Assembly (NCBI GenBank): GCA_009602725.1
Contig: WELB01000018.1
Span: 352,524-416,523, forward strand
DNA length: 64,000 nt
Direction: 5' to 3'
From: Spirogloea muscicola
Lineage: Eukaryota
Shown: positions 61,736 to 64,000 of the stretch, one piece after another
Layout: every line of letters starts with the position of its first letter
How positions within the stretch are numbered: the first letter of the stretch is position 1
Position numbers and translations under genes: made by a program
The notes under the pieces: generated by a model
Seen by the model: the letters and a program-made list of their open reading frames with translations, nothing else
Databases searched by the model: none
Told to the model about the DNA's origin: nothing

Positions 61736-62929
61736 ATGTGTTGCTTCTCAGCGTGCTCACCTACTTGAAGCTGCAAGGTTGTTGGTAGGCGTATACACCA
61801 CACAAGGTGCTAGAGACTCCATATTCTAGCATAGTGCTATGCAAACAACAGTCTCTTGGAGGCGTATGCAGAACTCGTCATTATGATCAGCCTTGATAAC
61901 AAGAAAGTGGCATACAGACGGTGAGGTGATGTCATGTTGCAGACCTACATAGGGTGCAAGAGTGATATCCATGTTCGTCATTTTTGACTTACCTGCCTGC
62001 CGAAGTATCCCTTCGACCAGTGCAGATTGCAGACTTCAAAAACTGTAAGTCATACTACAATACTTGCACACTGATATGCAGCAGCGAATCAAGTGTCGCA
62101 GCTTGCCAGGATTTTCAGAGCGGCCTCCATGATGCTTCATTGTGGACTAGAGCAGGACAAGCAATATACTTGCACACTGATACAGCAGCTTCTCAAGTGT
62201 CGCAGCTTGCCGGGTTTTATCGATTGGCCACCATGAAGCTTCATAGTGGAGTGGAGCTGGACAAGCAGGAGACCCAGTTGGCGGTTGCAAGTAAGGCTGC
62301 AAGTCGGGTGTAATCCTTTCTCCTCTGTGGCCAGGTTTTCAGAATCCAGTCAAGACGGAGGCAGTCTGCTGGTCCCGTGGAGAAGGACAGATGGCCAGCT
62401 AGCTGTCAGGAGTGAGGAAGTCGAGAAGCGGCGCCAGCAGGAGCTGTCCGGGCCAGGTGAAGTAGCACAGTCTCAGGAGTTGCCAGCTCTTGAACGCGAC
62501 CTTGAGGGCTCGGTGGCTGAGAATTTAGACCGGCTTGTGGTCGCGTTAAAACAAGAGCTCCTCGGTGGCAAGCACTGGCCGCTTGTTGCTGCTAGGAAAG
62601 TAAAAAAGTGCGGCCAAATTGACTGGTGGCTGGGAGAGCGACACCAATTGGCCGCCGGGGTTACCAACTGCCCGGGGGGAAAGTGGTGATCCAAGACGGG
62701 GCGCAAAAGGCTTCTGCCTCGCATGGCTCCCCCCTCGGACGCCACCCCCCCTATTTCGCAATTCCCTCCTCGGTTATGTTGCACCGATCGCACGTCAGAG
62801 CGGGCCTATATTGACGCGACAATGACCCATGCAATGGGCTTTCCAATGGCCATGCGTGGCTGGGCTTGGAGAAGGCAGCACCGCCACGATCCTCGCGAGG
62901 TTCAGATTGGGCAATCCGTAGATCGTTTA

Positions 62930-64000
62930 CACACTGTTCGGAGGCTGGTGCTTCTGTGCCGAGGCTGGTGCTTCGGCGTCCCCCTAGGCGCACCTGCCTT
63001 TGTGACGGAGCAGCTGCAGGCGCGGCTGCAGGAACACCTCCGGCCGGCGGACCGTCTTCACACGCTGCAGGACATGTAGCTGGCGACCGCTATGCTGACA
63101 CGATGCATGGCACAGCGGCCACACTATCTGGCCCGCACCATCCCTCCCTCATTGGCGGTGAAGGCAGCGTATTCGGCATTTGACTCTGGCATCCTGGCGT
63201 CCGCGGCCACCCTCGTGCAGCACCCCGCGCTCCTTTCCTCACCAGCTGCGCAGCTGCAGGCTAGCATGCCGGCCAGCCGCGGCGGCTTGGGATGCCGCTC
63301 AGTTGCCCGCGCCTGTGAGGCGGCCCACATGGGCAGCTGGGCTCACGTTGCAGCTCCCATGGGCCAGAGATTCATCGTCCACGGCCAGCGCGCCCTGGAG
63401 CGGGCGGCAGCTGAAGTGGAGAGCGGCCAGCTGCGCTTCCAGGTTGCCCTCCGCTCTGCCCGCGACGGGCTCTTGGCGGTCCACCCCAACATGTCGGAGC
63501 AGGCCGTCCCATTCATCCACCTCGCCCACACCCCTGACCTGCGTGCCCAGGCACGCCACACGGCGATGGTTGAAAAAGCGGCCTCTGACCAGGGTGGTGG
63601 AGCTTCTCCCTCCGTCTGACCTTCGCGGGCGCGCTCGGCTCCTTTCAGCCTCCTCCCCTGGGGCGGCGGCGTGGTCATCAGCGCTCCCACTCAACGCGGC
63701 GCTCACCATGCCCGATGAGGTCTTTCGGACGGCGGTCCACCGGCTCTTGGGCCTCCCCCCTCCCTGCCTCGTGGGCGTCACTCAGTGCGAGTGCGGTGCC
63801 CGTCACGCCGACCTGCGGAGCTGGCTGCGCATATGCTCCATTGCGCGCACGGGGGCGAGCGGACCGGCTCCCACGACCTCCTGCGAGATGGCATGCAGTG
63901 GGTGTTCATGGAGGCGGGCTTCAAGATGGCTGTGGAAAACACCTCAATAATGCCCATCCAGCTGGGCGCGGACGGCCAGCCCCATACTCGCCGCGCCGAC
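62930..64000 (+). mobile_element. Degenerate RLE non-LTR retrotransposon, runs off window
   Basis: FGVPLGAPAFV, QASMPASRGGLG, ARLLSASSPGA, LVGVTQCECG...; stop and frameshifts; paralogous to 46853-48606. Confidence 0.9.

Overview
Eukaryotic nuclear DNA from a draft assembly with N-gaps. It is gene-dense and intron-rich, with very GC/CpG-rich first exons. Plant-type SEC10, NBP35, TFIIA-L and two pectin methylesterases point to a streptophyte, probably a streptophyte alga (inference). Genes read by manual splicing: PME-1, TVP38/TMEM64-family protein, FAM133-like protein, one Pmp3/RCI2-like exon, NBP35, a stand-alone Bacteroidetes-type VLRF1 release factor, two tandem TFIIA large-subunit copies lacking the alpha domain, a Lys-rich protein, SEC10, PME-2 and OPA3-like. 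There is also a ~12.7 kb intron-rich gene for a bacterial-type alpha-2-macroglobulin fused to an EGF domain and a transmembrane helix; it has no CxEQ thioester motif and up to three candidate C>T nonsense codons. Intergenic DNA holds many fragments of RLE-type (CRE-like) non-LTR retrotransposons sharing a 3' hairpin, plus a pogo/Emigrant-like MITE. All family assignments come from remembered motifs, not database searches, and exon boundaries are hand-derived.
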